From Eledone cirrhosa (lineage: Eukaryota), in NCBI GenBank assembly GCA_964016885.1, contig OZ024745.1:73408001-73472000 (forward strand): a stretch of 64,000 nucleotides of DNA. The letters are read 5' to 3'. Below the pieces are notes generated by a model. The model saw only the letters and a list, made by a program, of their open reading frames with translations. It had not been told where the DNA came from and searched no databases. Position 1 is the stretch's first letter; each line of letters starts with the position of its first letter. Shown here one piece after another: positions 41,101 to 54,114 of the stretch. The position numbers and the translations under genes are program-made.

Positions 41101-41347
41101 GAAAGACTGTATATAAGGGAAAAGTTGCCTTTGAGGCATCTCGAATCGCATACGAGAAAGTAAAGCGGGATATGAGGAAGGGCATTGCTGTTGCACTTCC
41201 AGACGGCGAGGGTCCTCCTATGGTGCTGACATGCAGCGTCTGTGCGAGACTCTGCCTAAGCGAAGCTGGACTCGAAAGTCATCTTCGCAGTCATAAAGTA
41301 AGACCAGTGGTTGACTACCAGGGTGCTGTTGGAGATGCTACTCATCG
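38176..41347 (+). pseudogene. RTE-clade LINE ORF copy 2 (frameshift ~38376, 180-bp in-frame deletion, 3' deletion removing two fingers and the stop)
   Basis: Collinear with 24259-27790; YADD intact; the 1164-aa track ORF reads on into microsatellite. Confidence 0.93.
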
Positions 41348-41508
41348 TGTATGTGTATATATATATATGTATATTATTATTGTTGTTGTCGTTATTATTA
41401 TTGTTGTTATTATTATTATTATTATTATTGTTATTAATGTATATGTGTGTGTGTATATGTATATGTGTGTATATATGTGTATGTACGTGTGTGTATATAT
41501 ATATATAT

Positions 41509-41588
<80 letters not shown>

Positions 41589-41754
41589 CTTTTTTTTATT
41601 TTTATTTTATTTTTTATTTATTTATTAATTTCTTTTCTCCTCGTGCAATGGCCATACTCGATAACGAGGGGGCAGCCATCATCATGTATGTATGTATGTA
41701 TGTATGTATGTATGTATGTATGTATGTATGTATGTATGTATGTATGTATGTATG

Positions 41755-41787
<33 letters not shown>

Positions 41788-43050
41788 TTCTCTTTCTCTT
41801 AATTTCTAATACATATTTGACTGGCCACCCTTCTGGTGGCAAGTTTGTAAAAGAAAAGAAATTGTCATCCCTTAAATCGCAAGAACGTTTTGCAAATTTT
41901 GAAGGTGCCAGCTATCGTAGCCATTTGTAGTCTATGAATTAGGGAGCTGCGCTCTTTGTCCACAAATCCAAGTGCAGTTATACTTTGGTCCAAGCGGGTT
42001 GGTATATAACCTTTTGTTCCAATAATCCTGGGTATGAAGCTGAAGTTGTATCTTGGATACTGGACCTGCAAACCCCTCATCAATGGCTCGTAGATGCCCT
42101 CCTTTTCATGTATTTTTCTTACAACGTTGACATCAAGTGGGCAGTTGATCTCTACAACAGAACACGTTTTCAATGTGTGGTCCCAAACAACAATATCAGG
42201 CCGGTTGTGCTTTAATTTGGTGGCAGTTTTTATCGTCAGGTTCCACCAGTATCCTTAGTGCCATCTATCTCAATATATTCCTCCTCGTTTGTTTTAATTT
42301 TGTTTTCCTAAGTGCGTTCTAACTATCACATCGTGTCTCATAGGGAGGTAGTAGTGAGACGACATTCTTTCGCAGTTGAAAACAATGTGGCTTACATCTT
42401 CGTTCTTTGTTTTACATAGCCTTCATTAATTGTCGACTGATGGCCCTCCTCTTTTGTGTAGCAGATATTTGGTAGGGATTTCTTGTTCCTGTATTGCATA
42501 GAGCTATCCTTCAAGGTAGGATGTCATAATCTTGTCGGAACTCCATGCTAGGCTTTTATGAAGCTACATTGTTAGTAAGCTGTTTACTGCTAGATTTAGC
42601 TGACCATTCTCTCTGTTCACCAGTGGAAGTGGAATAATTGTTTTCAATGGCTGTCTTTAGAGTGTCACTCAGTTGCGTTAGATGTATCAATTTACATCTA
42701 ATGACACGTTCATTAAATGTTTTGGGGAAAAGTTTATCTTGGGTGTTTGGAGTTCCACAAAAGGTTCTAGCCTCTGCCTAAAACCGAATTTTTGGGGGTT
42801 AGAATGTTTGTATGCTTCATATAAATCTTTGTTGAGATTGTAGCTCCATTGTATACAATGGTTGTAGTTGCGATTTGGTCGAAGGAGACTTATACGTTTT
42901 GCCATCATGAGTTCGTTTATTCACTAATATTTTGCATTTATTTTTTAAAATAGACGATGATCTGAAAGTTGCGACAGTTTTGTCAGAATTAAATTTAAAG
43001 TTGTTCACAGCTTGGGTAATATTTCCTTTCAGCAAGTTTTTAATCCTACA
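41788..43050 (-). mobile_element. R4/Dong-clade LINE with large internal deletion (N-terminus 42687-42908 plus RLE end)
   Basis: 3' part homologous to 28270-29057; N-terminal WSYNLNKDLYEAYKHSNPQKFGFRQRL resembles Dong N-termini. Confidence 0.8.
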
Positions 43051-43677
43051 ACTGTATATTATAAACGTTCATATTTAGCGTTTTGTTTTTGTTTTTGTTT
43101 TTGTTTTTGTTAGGTGAATCGTTTTGTAACGTTACTTAGTATATATTTTTCCCTTCTTCTTTCTTTCCTTTATCATTTTTGTTCATGAATTTATATTATT
43201 GTGTTATTATACACCGTTTAGACATATTTGTCCTGAAAAAATTATGAGCAATTTTGGTGTTATTTACGCATTTGTTATGTTATATATTTAAAACATATTT
43301 GTAACGTTATTCTACTGTAAATTTATACAACTATAATAAATAAAAAAATAAAAACCTTAATATAACAACGCTGTATTTATATGTTAAATTCTAGGTAACG
43401 TTTATATGTTAAAATCTATGTATTGTTCATATAAATGGATGTGTTGCAATATATTTATATTTCAAACACTTATGTAGAAATATTGTATGTAATCTTACCG
43501 CAATATGTAGCTCAACGTTTCCAATATATGGTATGTTTCCGTCATGAAAGCCGTAATTACATACGTCCAATAATCGGACTGACCACAACGGTCGTCATTA
43601 GCGTTTATGTATGTATGTATGTATGTATGTATGTATGTATGTATGTATGTATGTATGTATGTATGTATGTATGTATG

Positions 43678-45003
43678 TTATTCTGGGTTTATAATTTCAC
43701 AAATTTTTGCCAATAGAGAGAGAGTCGGTTTCTAACATAGACACAAGACTCTATGATTGGAATTTACACAACATCAACTAGGTAAATATGTATGCATGTC
43801 TACATGTGTAGATATGGATGTTATTGTATGTGTGGATGTGGATGTTTTGAGTTGTATGTGTGCATGTGTATATGATTAGTATCTGTACATGTGTATATGC
43901 AGTTATTAGATGCAACATTTTTGGAATGTTTTACATATTTTTACTGTTCCATTAATGGATTGTACTTGTAATTTCCTAACTAGTTGTGTTCGTTCTGTTC
44001 CTTTGAAGCCCAGCTTCTCAAGATTTGTATTGAGGCAGTTACTAACATATCCCAGTGCCCCAATAATCACAGGTATAAATCTGAAGGTATAGTCAAGGTG
44101 GAGTATCTGCAGATTTCTCATCAGTTCTGCATAAATATTCTCCTTTTTGCTAATCTTTGATATTATATTGGCATCTGTTGCGCAGCTAACTTCCACTACT
44201 GTGCATGCCTTCTTTTCCTTGTCCCATATCATAATATCTGGTCTTTTATGCCTGCATTTTATTGGGGTTTTTACTGGAACAATCTACCAGTACTCTTTCA
44301 TATTATGTATATGTATGTTTTCCACATTGCTGTAGCTTTTAATGTGTTTATTATCGGGGCTATCTTTTTTACGGATTGCATTGTACAGTGTTTTGGCCAC
44401 TATATCATGCCTCATAAGTAGATAGTACCGCGATGACATCTTTGGACAGCTGCTGATGACATGGGTGACATCTTCGATGTTAATTCTGCAGTCCTCACTT
44501 GTTATCACATCTAGGTGTTTTGCCTGCATCCCTATCTCTTTTGTGAATCAAGTATTTCGTGCTAATCTCCTGTTCTTGGATTGCAAAAGCGTATCCTTCA
44601 AAGTGGGAGCCAATATTGCGGTTGTTGGTCGAAGATAGACTACTTTCTTTATCTATATTACTTTCACTCTGGAGCTTCCTGGCAACATATCCATGCATGA
44701 TTTTTTGCCGATAAGCATGCTGTTTTTCATCCATGGATTCACCGTGATACTGCTGAGCGACTTCCCTGGGTGTGAGTTTTTGATTATCACACAGGGAATA
44801 CCTCTTGAGGAGTTCCTTCCCAACTCTCATGATCTTATCTGTTTCATGCAGATAGACTTGCTCGAGAGACGCGCCCCTACGTTTTGAGGTTCGTAGATGT
44901 TGTCGGAAGGATATGATGCGACATTCAAATGCTGTCTGAACTGATCTTAGGCCTCTGCCTCCCTGCTTACGTTTCAAGTAAAGGCGGTCTATGTCACTGT
45001 TGA
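43678..45003 (-). mobile_element. 5'-truncated R4/Dong-clade LINE in (CATA)n
   Basis: DIDRLYLKRKQGGRGL, MHGY, AIQEQE, EDVTHVISSC, RHD, PDIMIWD, VEVSC, KENIY. Confidence 0.92.
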
Positions 45004-45311
45004 TGTATGTATGTATGCATGTATGTATGTATGCATGTATGTATGTACGTATGTACGTACGTATGTATGTATGTATGTATGTATGTATGTATGTATGTAT
45101 GTATGTATGTACGTACGTATGTGCGTGTGTATGTATGTATGTATGCATATATGTATATATGTGTGTATATACGAATGCATTAATGTGTGTATATATATGT
45201 ATGTGTTTGTGTACGTCTGTGTGTAGGTAGGTAGTTATCAAGAAGATAGATAGTCAATCGACTTTCAGAAGACTGATAAATAAATAAATAAATTACAATA
45301 TATACACACGC

Positions 45312-45354
<43 letters not shown>

Positions 45355-45787
45355 TCGTGTAAAAGCGAGGCAGACATTTTATATTTAGTATCATGATTCT
45401 GCTATTTACATATTTAAGAGAATTACATATGATGACAGATTTTTTTAAACAGTTATATCTGTTTTCGAAATAAAGCTAGATATTTATATATTCAACGTTT
45501 ATCAATAACATGCCAAAGGGAAAGTACCTCAGGCCATCGTTCTGCATACTGAATACAAGTCCGATAGTGTCTCATGAGCTGAAGAATTTGCATTGACTAT
45601 GATTAGGCAATCAATGGTCAAACACAAAAACCTCTAGAGGTGTTTAAAATCTACAGACAACAAGACAAGGGAGATAATTCCAGTAGGATCAGATGATCGT
45701 AATATTTAGATAATATATACAGTGAAGAATGGAATTGATTTGATCGTCAACAAAGCATATTTTACTCAGTTGGCACGATTAGGCGTA

Positions 45788-45890
<103 letters not shown>

Positions 45891-45989
45891 AATGAAGTAA
45901 TTCCATCGGAAAAGTCCAGGAAAAAAGAGTGCTCTATGTAGGCAACAGAGCTTAATTATTATTATGTAATAAACAACATAAGGCAATTA

Positions 45990-46049
45990 TTCCATTTACC
46001 AGTGGTTTCTTAAAAGCAAAGGGTTTTGCTTTCAATCCTCAGAATGAAA
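45990..46049 (-). ncRNA. Type I hammerhead ribozyme
   Basis: tttcatt-CTGAGGA-ttgaaagcaaa/tttgcttttaa-GAAACC-act-GGTA-aatggaa. Confidence 0.85.
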
Positions 46050-46205
46050 AAATCCTGGTTTGTTTATTGAATTTGGATTTTAAAAACAAAAATGCAATCT
46101 ATATGAAAGTGAGGCTGGAGAAGGAAGAAGGAAAGGAAAAATAAAATAAAACTACACATGCAAACACACACACAAAAACACAAAAGCATACATACACACA
46201 CATAC

Positions 46206-46264
<59 letters not shown>

Positions 46265-46376
46265 CACATATATATAAAACATACACTTATATACACATAC
46301 ACATACATACACATATACACATACATACATTCATACATACACACACACACACACACACATATACACATATATATAT

Positions 46377-46419
<43 letters not shown>

Positions 46420-46842
46420 TACATACATATATATACACACATGTGTGTACAAGCATACACATACACAAACATAGCCATACACACACACATATGCATACAT
46501 ACATTCACACAATCATACATATATACATACGTACATACATACACATACATAAATGCACTCCTCTACATATTCACACACGCAAGTAAATATAAGAAAAAAA
46601 TATATAAAAATAAAAATTTTTAACACCGTTACATGAGGCAGCTAACAGGACAGACACGCGTGGTAAGTAATACACACAAATGCACGTATACATACGTACG
46701 AAATAGTAAACACATACACACACTCTCACACATAAATATACATATACAAATACATAAACACATACATACACATACATGCACAAACACGCACACGTATACA
46801 ATATATACACACACATATGTATATGCAATTATATACACACAC

Positions 46843-46897
<55 letters not shown>

Positions 46898-47075
46898 CAT
46901 AGATATAAACGCGCACACACACACATATACGTATACATACACACACATATACATGCATAACTAAACAATTATACACATACAAATACGTACATATCATAAA
47001 CACGCACAACCAAATACAAACACACACACACACACACATACATATATACATACACACGCATACACATACACACAC

Positions 47076-47182
<107 letters not shown>

Positions 47183-47318
47183 CATATACATACACATGCA
47201 TACACATACACACACACATACATGTGTGTATGTGTAAAACTCAGTCTTAGTTAATTCATATGAACCTTACATATACGTATATATAGTAGTAAAGTAATGA
47301 AGCAACATACGGCAATTA

Positions 47319-47378
47319 TTCCATTCACCAGTGGTTTCTTAAAAGCAAAAATTTTTTCCTTCAATCTTCAGAATGAAA
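47319..47378 (-). ncRNA. Hammerhead copy with GUG cleavage triplet (probably inactive)
   Basis: CTGAAGA..GAAACC-act-GGTG-aatggaa. Confidence 0.6.
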
Positions 47379-47450
47379 AAAACCTGGTTTATCCACATAT
47401 ACATACATATACACACACAAATGTATACATATATATACACACATACACAT

Positions 47451-47486
<36 letters not shown>

Positions 47487-47712
47487 ATACATATATACAC
47501 ATATATATATATATATATACACACAAATATACATACACATACACATAGATATGTGAAGGGCAAGGCAAAAAGAATATATGGGGGGGGGGGCATAAGAAAA
47601 GGTAAAATATAAGGGGATGTAAGGGAGAAAAAAATAAGTAAATATACAAGAGTACAGAACGTAGAATCAGCAAAATAAAAACCGTAGCAGAAGTAAAGAG
47701 CAGAGAAGGAGT

Positions 47713-48200
47713 TCAAGGCGGTTGATTTATCATAGGAGTGTCAATCCAGTTACAGATCAGATGCGATTTCAGATGAGGACAGCATCTAAAGATCTCAGTC
47801 TTTGAGTTAAGGCAAGCGGAAGTGGCTCTCAAGTTTAGCAAAATCCTATACTTTTCTGTGGTACACAAAGAACAATTCTTTGTGCCCCTTTGGTACTCCC
47901 TCGAATGGTCTAATATAGACCAATCAATAGAGTACGGGATGTTACCATCCTTGAGTTCCCACACCTTACTTGCGAGGGCCGTTGATGTTCGTTTATCGGA
48001 GTGCTTAAAAGAAGCGACATGTGAGTAAAATCTGGTTTTAAACCTGTCCTGGGTCATACCGACATATCGCTCACTCCTGGCTGGCTGGTTGTTGATTACT
48101 GGTGTTATCTTAGCCTCATAAACGACAGATTTCGTGTTACATTTACCCTGCAATGGGCATTCATCCGGCTTCCTGCAACTGCATCCTGGATTTATTCACG
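47713..48200 (-). pseudogene. PLE GIY-YIG endonuclease domain
   Basis: CSCRKPDECPLQGKC, VVY..YVG, FKTRFYSH, CSLCTTEK, CPH. Confidence 0.9.
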
Positions 48201-48229
48201 TACGGTTTGAACTGGTGATTTTGGACTTC

Positions 48230-48304
<75 letters not shown>

Positions 48305-48425
48305 TGTGTGTGTGTATGAATGTATGTATGTGTATATGTGTATGTATGTGTATGTGTATATAAGTGTATGTTTTATATATATGTGTATGTGTATATATGT
48401 AGATATATATATATATATATATATA

Positions 48426-49059
48426 GTTGTAAAAAAATGAAAACGAAATTTCATTTCTCACTCTTAGTACGGCACTTACTTAAATGTAAGTATGTATGTA
48501 TACGTACATACATATATGTATACAGACGTACAGTAGCATGCATATATATATATATATACATATATACATACAGGTACACATACATATATGTACGCATCAG
48601 TTTAGCGGACGCTTATTATAGCGCCCGCTTTGTTCGTTTGTAAATAAACTGAACAGCCTGAATTTATGCCGCACGGTGTTAAGTAAGTGCCGTACTAAGA
48701 GTGAGAAATGAAATTTCGGTTTCATTTTTTTACAACTCATCGTTTTCGCTGCGCCTGACCGATTTAACTCACTCGATATGCAAATTAGGCTGCTCAGCCG
48801 TTAATTTTCATAAGGAAAGTATATACTTTCGAACGTTCAACTATCTGGCAGATGGGTATACGGTGCTGATGATAGCTAACAAGCTTGAAACTAGTACATC
48901 GTTCCTGTGCCAGTGTTGAACAAAAAGGTGACGTGGTTGCCTTAACACCGTGCGGCATAAATTCAGGCTGTTCAGTTTATTTACAAACGAACAAAGCGGG
49001 CGCTATAATAAGCGTCCGCTAAACTGATGCGTACATATATGTATGTGTACCTGTATGTA

Positions 49060-49075
<16 letters not shown>
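48426..49075. repeat. Interleaved inverted repeats A-B-A'-C-B' (B' resumes at 54420-54481)
   Basis: 48426-48482 is the reverse complement of 48680-48736; 48485-48683 is the reverse complement of 48941-49075 plus 54420-54481. Confidence 0.85.
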
Positions 49076-49103
<28 letters not shown>

Positions 49104-49145
49104 GAGAGTAAAAGAAAGAATCCTTTAATACATCAAAAGTTTTTA

Positions 49146-49189
49146 TTAGCCGACAATGTTTCGTCCTATTAAGGACTCATCAGGGCAAT
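49146..49189 (-). ncRNA. Minimal type I hammerhead ribozyme (3' pLTR)
   Basis: gcc-CTGATGA-gtcc-ttaata-ggac-GAAAC-att-GTC-ggc. Confidence 0.92.
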
Positions 49190-49525
49190 CAAAACAACAA
49201 GAGGTAATATCGGCAGATACAAGCCAGAAACTCTGAAGAATATGGAGTGTACATACACTAATGTCTTGCAAAGATATACGATAATAAAAATGAAAATAAA
49301 GATAAAAATAATAAAATTATAATAACTAAGGATGTAGATAACATTAAGAACCATATTACAAATATAGTCCAAAGCCACCAACCTAAATCTAAACAAATTT
49401 GGTTATATAGAGCAGGAATTATATATAACACAATATAATACATTATAATAATAATATATTTATACCAACATTAAAATTCCAAATTAAAAATCAAAAGGTA
49501 CAATATATACATCTATATATGTGCG

Positions 49526-49701
<176 letters not shown>

Positions 49702-51152
49702 ACAATACACATATCTATGTTCTATTACACAGAAATTAAGCCCTATTAGAAGTTTGAATATTAAAAATAAGCATGGTAATAGTGAAAATAATACTAATAC
49801 ATCTACCCAATATACATGAGGCAATAATATGATATAATTACAAGAAACACTTATAACAAATAATAAACAACAAAATTATATAATTCAATACAATATAATA
49901 AAGTAGAATAGCTAATCCCCGGTTAATTTACAGAAACAATATAGATGTCACAATGAAATACAATGATAAAATGTTAACATTATATTAACAAGTACCATAA
50001 ACAATATGTACAAAATGATTCATACTGGGTTACATAATAAATGAGGAAATATAAATCATATAATATAATACTAAAAAAAACTATAATGGTACAGGGAAAA
50101 ATTATGATGTTACAGAAAAAATATGATGTTACAGAAAAAAATATACAGACATCTAACATGATATGTAAAGTCTAAATATCATAATGTTACATATTACAAT
50201 ATTAAAATATTAAAAAATCCAGACATCTTACAAGATATATAAAGTTTAAATATCATAATGTTATATATAATAAACGGTAAGTAATAAGGATCTATATCAT
50301 AATGTAATATATTTTAAAATTGGCATAAAATATATAAATAAATACTTATAATTACAAGGTTAGTAGACAGACATTTGTGGATGAGTGAGCGAAGCCAGAC
50401 AGTGAATAGTAAATAGAATATAGAATAAAACAAATAAATACAATCAACCGGAAATTACAAAACAAAAGCAAATGTATACACATTTAGGCCTCGCGTGCAT
50501 TAAGAAATTAGGTAAACACCAAGGAAAGCGATCATTTTAAATGACTCCAAACCCTATCTGATAAATTAATATTAAAAATATCGAACCCATCCGATAAGGT
50601 AGTATAATATTAGCTATAGTTTAAGTCATTAAAGTATATAAACTTTAATGTATCATTACAAATGTTTACAAAAAGGAATAAAATTACACTATCATATACG
50701 CAACGATATCTAAAAAACTGACTTAAGTAGAGTTAAGGTAGGCTAATGGGGACAGAATTGACAAAATATATGGAGGGTGCGAAGTGGCATAAAATATATT
50801 CGATATACTATAATAAATAATAGAACGGAGCATAAAAGAGGGGGGGGGGGTTAATATCAGAATAGACTTAGAAATAAAAATAGATTTAAAAATAAAAATA
50901 AAAATAATGTTAAAATTAAAATTAAAGTTAATAATAATAAAAAAAATATAAAGATAATAATAGAATAACGTAAGTGGCATAAAGTGTGTAATCTTATGTA
51001 TACTAACAAGGTGTAATAGTGAAGACATAGATATGGTACAGTGGCCAAATGATTATGAGAGCTAGAATGAAGAGTCATCAAAAACCAATGATAACATTAA
51101 TGTTGGCAAACAAAAGAACCCAAACAAAAAACTAAGTAATGGAATATATCTG

Positions 51153-53846
51153 CTAATGGGTACAATTTGTACTACTAGAACATTTGGGTTTATAATAAAA
51201 GTAAGAATTAGAAATGGCATGGGGGCAAGAAGAGAATATCTCAGACTTTCTATTCAGTAAGGGTACGCTAGAGAAAATAATAGAGTGTGTCTCAAGTATA
51301 CAGAGATTACAAAACTTACTATGTGCAGAAGGGTGGTTAGATCGTGCTACTAAACTCCAGTTAAGGCTATATGGTATATAAGCTCCCTTAAGATCCCATA
51401 TATAATGCGCTAGAGAGGTAGAATTCTTAAACCTAACATGTTTGAAGTTAGAGATATGAGAGTTAAACCTAGTCTTAAAAGTGTTTGAAGTAGATCCTAT
51501 ATACGTTCTTTTAGAGGAATTAGTTATAACCTCGCAAGCATAGACAATGTTCTTAGAAAGGCAGTTACCGTTTAGAGGGCAGTTAGCACTCACTCTACAA
51601 TTGCACTTCCGGGTGTTATTGGTTGGCTCGAGTGGTGATGTATTGCACGTAGGACCTCTATTAGATAAGGACTGTTCTGGTGGTAAAGCATTGTCCGATG
51701 CATTCAGACTAGTAGTATGTAGAGAGGAGAATCCATCCCTAATTTTCCTATTATTAGTGCTAGCTAAATGAGAACTAATATTAGGGGTGGTAGAGAATGA
51801 GAGTTTAATAACATTTTTATTAAAAATACCATGGTATTTGTGAGAAGGGGGGACATTTTTCTCCAAGATAGTGAAGAAAGACCTAGGGATATTAGTTGAT
51901 ACATCCTGATTATATGGCGGGTTGAAATAAGTATTCAATCGCCTTCTATTTTTATTTTTATTCTTATCGACCCTACCTCTATCAAATGTCCCACCGTCGA
52001 GACTAGGGTTACTATCGGGAATAGTTGAAGCCACATTCATAGAATCAGCCATAATTTCGTTATGCCTATTATAGTTTCTACCTCTAGTAGATCCGTTGTT
52101 GTCCAGAATCCCTACAAGAGGATTAAGGCCAATGATAGGATCAGTAGGAGCAACATTACTAGAATAAGATCCAGCCAAACCAACACCAATGTGTGAGCGC
52201 ACAGGGGGCTCGACTTGTCTCTTAGAGGTATTATATTTGTTATTACGAGTCCGGTGGGATAACTTATGGGTGGGTTCAGATACTCCTATATAAGTTCTAC
52301 GGTTACTATGTTTGCTACTCCCATTCATGGCCATGTTATGTGATATAATGTTATTATTATTAAGAGTAAGCGGAGACTTTCTAAAGTTACTATTATTATA
52401 ATTTATTTTACTAGAGTGACCTGAATTTGCTAGGGCGTTATTGTAGTACTCCGCATGTTCATTAAAAGTTCCTATGTCATTAGATAGTGTGGAAATCCTA
52501 TTAGAAACGCCCTTAATTATAGAGTTTATCATAGACTTAGGGTGGTTAGAATTGGGGCTAACATAAGAAAGAATTTCATTAGGCTTATGGAAGGGTTTAA
52601 AACTATTAGTGGCCAAGTCCAAAGTCACATCTAAAAAGTTAACCACTCTATCATTTCTATCTATCGTGATTGAAAGGTTGTAGCTATTAAAAAACCTATA
52701 AAGCTTCTTCTTATTACGTTCTACATTGTTGGTACTAGAGTTAATTACAAACAATGCATCATCACGATATAGTCCGCCTACAAGGTGCGGGAAGGTAGCG
52801 TATAGTTCATTAAGGAGGAACAACCCAACAAGATCAGTAACCTGGGCCGAATCACTCGAACCCATTGTAACGTCGAAATTATTGGGCGTGTTTTTACGGG
52901 TCCAAAAAGTGTCCTCAAATTTAATAATAGTTTTACGGGCTGCTAGTATAATATCTACCTGCGATCGTGTAAGGCTGGACACTCTCATGGCCAACATTAA
53001 GGCTTTATTGAGGAGGATGGGTGAAATTGATGTGTAGTAGGCATCAATATCGAATTGGATAAACTTATTAGATTCAAGTCTATTAATCCCAGAGAACCAA
53101 TCTATAACTTCCCTAGTGTTCCCCCATAAGTTAAAATTAACCTTATCCCTAACATCTGGTATAATAAGGTCAAGGATTTTTTTACTGATAATGGCTATAT
53201 CCGACTTAGAAGGACAGATAAGTCTAACTGAGGGGTTACTAATAAAATCAACCTTATGGTCCTTAAGTGTGAATCTCGGTTCTCGAGGGTAATATGGCTG
53301 GGTATACTTATCGAGTCCGAGGTCAGAGACTATTCTAAGGCCCTCACTATTGATGTGGTTCAAATTCTCAAGCGTAGTTTTTTTATAGTTTCTATATAAC
53401 TCTTTATAAATAAAATCGCGGTATGTACTATAGTCCATGGAGTATAGATTCTTAGTCTTATCTGCCGGGACCAGAATGGACTTATTCTCACCGAAACCCT
53501 TAACAATATTTTTAAGTCTGGACTGGAATTTATCAAAATTACTATTGTTTCTATGTCTATCATTTGGCCTAAACCTAACATTTTTGACCAGAGAGAGTAA
53601 GTCACCTTCGAAACTGTCTAATAGCATGTTGTGTGGTGGGCTCTTATACGTTTTGAAGCCGTAGCTATTAAAATTAGTTCTATTCCTGGGGTCCTTCCTA
53701 TTCTTATTACTATCGTAGTGAAACGCACGCCATCTAATCCTTTTTACAAAGGAGTTAACACTAGCTATTAGTAGTTTTTGGTAAGTATTCTTAGAGGGGG
53801 TGGGAATATTTTTCAGAGATAAAGGCAAGTAACTCTTTGTCAGCAT
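51153..53846 (-). CDS. PLE polyprotein, 897 aa: reverse transcriptase plus C-terminal GIY-YIG endonuclease
   Basis: SLKNIP/KRIRWRA, ADKT, FDIDAYYTSI, TMGSSDS, YRDD, FLDV, SNHP, FNPPY, CNCRVSANCPLNGNC, IVY..YIG, CNLC, CPH; no internal stops. Confidence 0.95.
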   Translation of the reverse strand: MLTKSYLPLSLKNIPTPSKNTYQKLLIASVNSFVKRIRWRAFHYDSNKNRKDPRNRTNFNSYGFKTYKSPPHNMLLDSFEGDLLSLVKNVRFRPNDRHRNNSNFDKFQSRLKNIVKGFGENKSILVPADKTKNLYSMDYSTYRDFIYKELYRNYKKTTLENLNHINSEGLRIVSDLGLDKYTQPYYPREPRFTLKDHKVDFISNPSVRLICPSKSDIAIISKKILDLIIPDVRDKVNFNLWGNTREVIDWFSGINRLESNKFIQFDIDAYYTSISPILLNKALMLAMRVSSLTRSQVDIILAARKTIIKFEDTFWTRKNTPNNFDVTMGSSDSAQVTDLVGLFLLNELYATFPHLVGGLYRDDALFVINSSTNNVERNKKKLYRFFNSYNLSITIDRNDRVVNFLDVTLDLATNSFKPFHKPNEILSYVSPNSNHPKSMINSIIKGVSNRISTLSNDIGTFNEHAEYYNNALANSGHSSKINYNNSNFRKSPLTLNNNNIISHNMAMNGSSKHSNRRTYIGVSEPTHKLSHRTRNNKYNTSKRQVEPPVRSHIGVGLAGSYSSNVAPTDPIIGLNPLVGILDNNGSTRGRNYNRHNEIMADSMNVASTIPDSNPSLDGGTFDRGRVDKNKNKNRRRLNTYFNPPYNQDVSTNIPRSFFTILEKNVPPSHKYHGIFNKNVIKLSFSTTPNISSHLASTNNRKIRDGFSSLHTTSLNASDNALPPEQSLSNRGPTCNTSPLEPTNNTRKCNCRVSANCPLNGNCLSKNIVYACEVITNSSKRTYIGSTSNTFKTRFNSHISNFKHVRFKNSTSLAHYIWDLKGAYIPYSLNWSLVARSNHPSAHSKFCNLCILETHSIIFSSVPLLNRKSEIFSSCPHAISNSYFYYKPKCSSSTNCTH

Positions 53847-54070
53847 ACTGTCAGATAAAAATATATAGAGGCCAAAATGCCAGTATATATGTGAGTAAGC
53901 TCAACCTATCGGGAGCAGTTACAAGGATTAGAATACTGGAGCGTGTTTGAGTCAAACACCCTCTTCGTATTATAGAAATGACAGTAAAAGGTATAGCTCA
54001 ATGCAGTTAAACAGAGCCAAAAAATTAAGAGAGTAAAACAAAGAATCCTTTAATACATCAAAAGTTTTTA

Positions 54071-54114
54071 TTAGCCGACAATGTTTCGTCCTATTAAGGA
54101 CTCATCAGGGCAAT
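54071..54114 (-). ncRNA. Minimal type I hammerhead ribozyme (5' pLTR)
   Basis: Identical to 49146-49189. Confidence 0.92.

Larger units (their letters stand above)
29950..42557. repeat. Tandem segmental duplication, copy 2
   Basis: Collinear with 18383-29137 (see copy 1). Confidence 0.9.

Noticed and set aside
38436-41930. 1164-aa ORF as an intact RTE protein with a novel hydrophobic tail
   Set aside because: The N-terminus is frameshifted, 60 aa are deleted, and the tail is read-through into microsatellite after loss of the stop
49169-49443. Duplicated small hydrophobic ORFs (also 54094-54368)
   Set aside because: They are AT-rich pLTR sequence, identical only because the pLTR is duplicated
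51153-53846. Selenocysteine-encoding Naiad PLE
   Set aside because: No in-frame TGA in this ORF; the TGA at 2682-2684 in another remnant lies after the terminal CRH motif, and I found no recognisable SECIS
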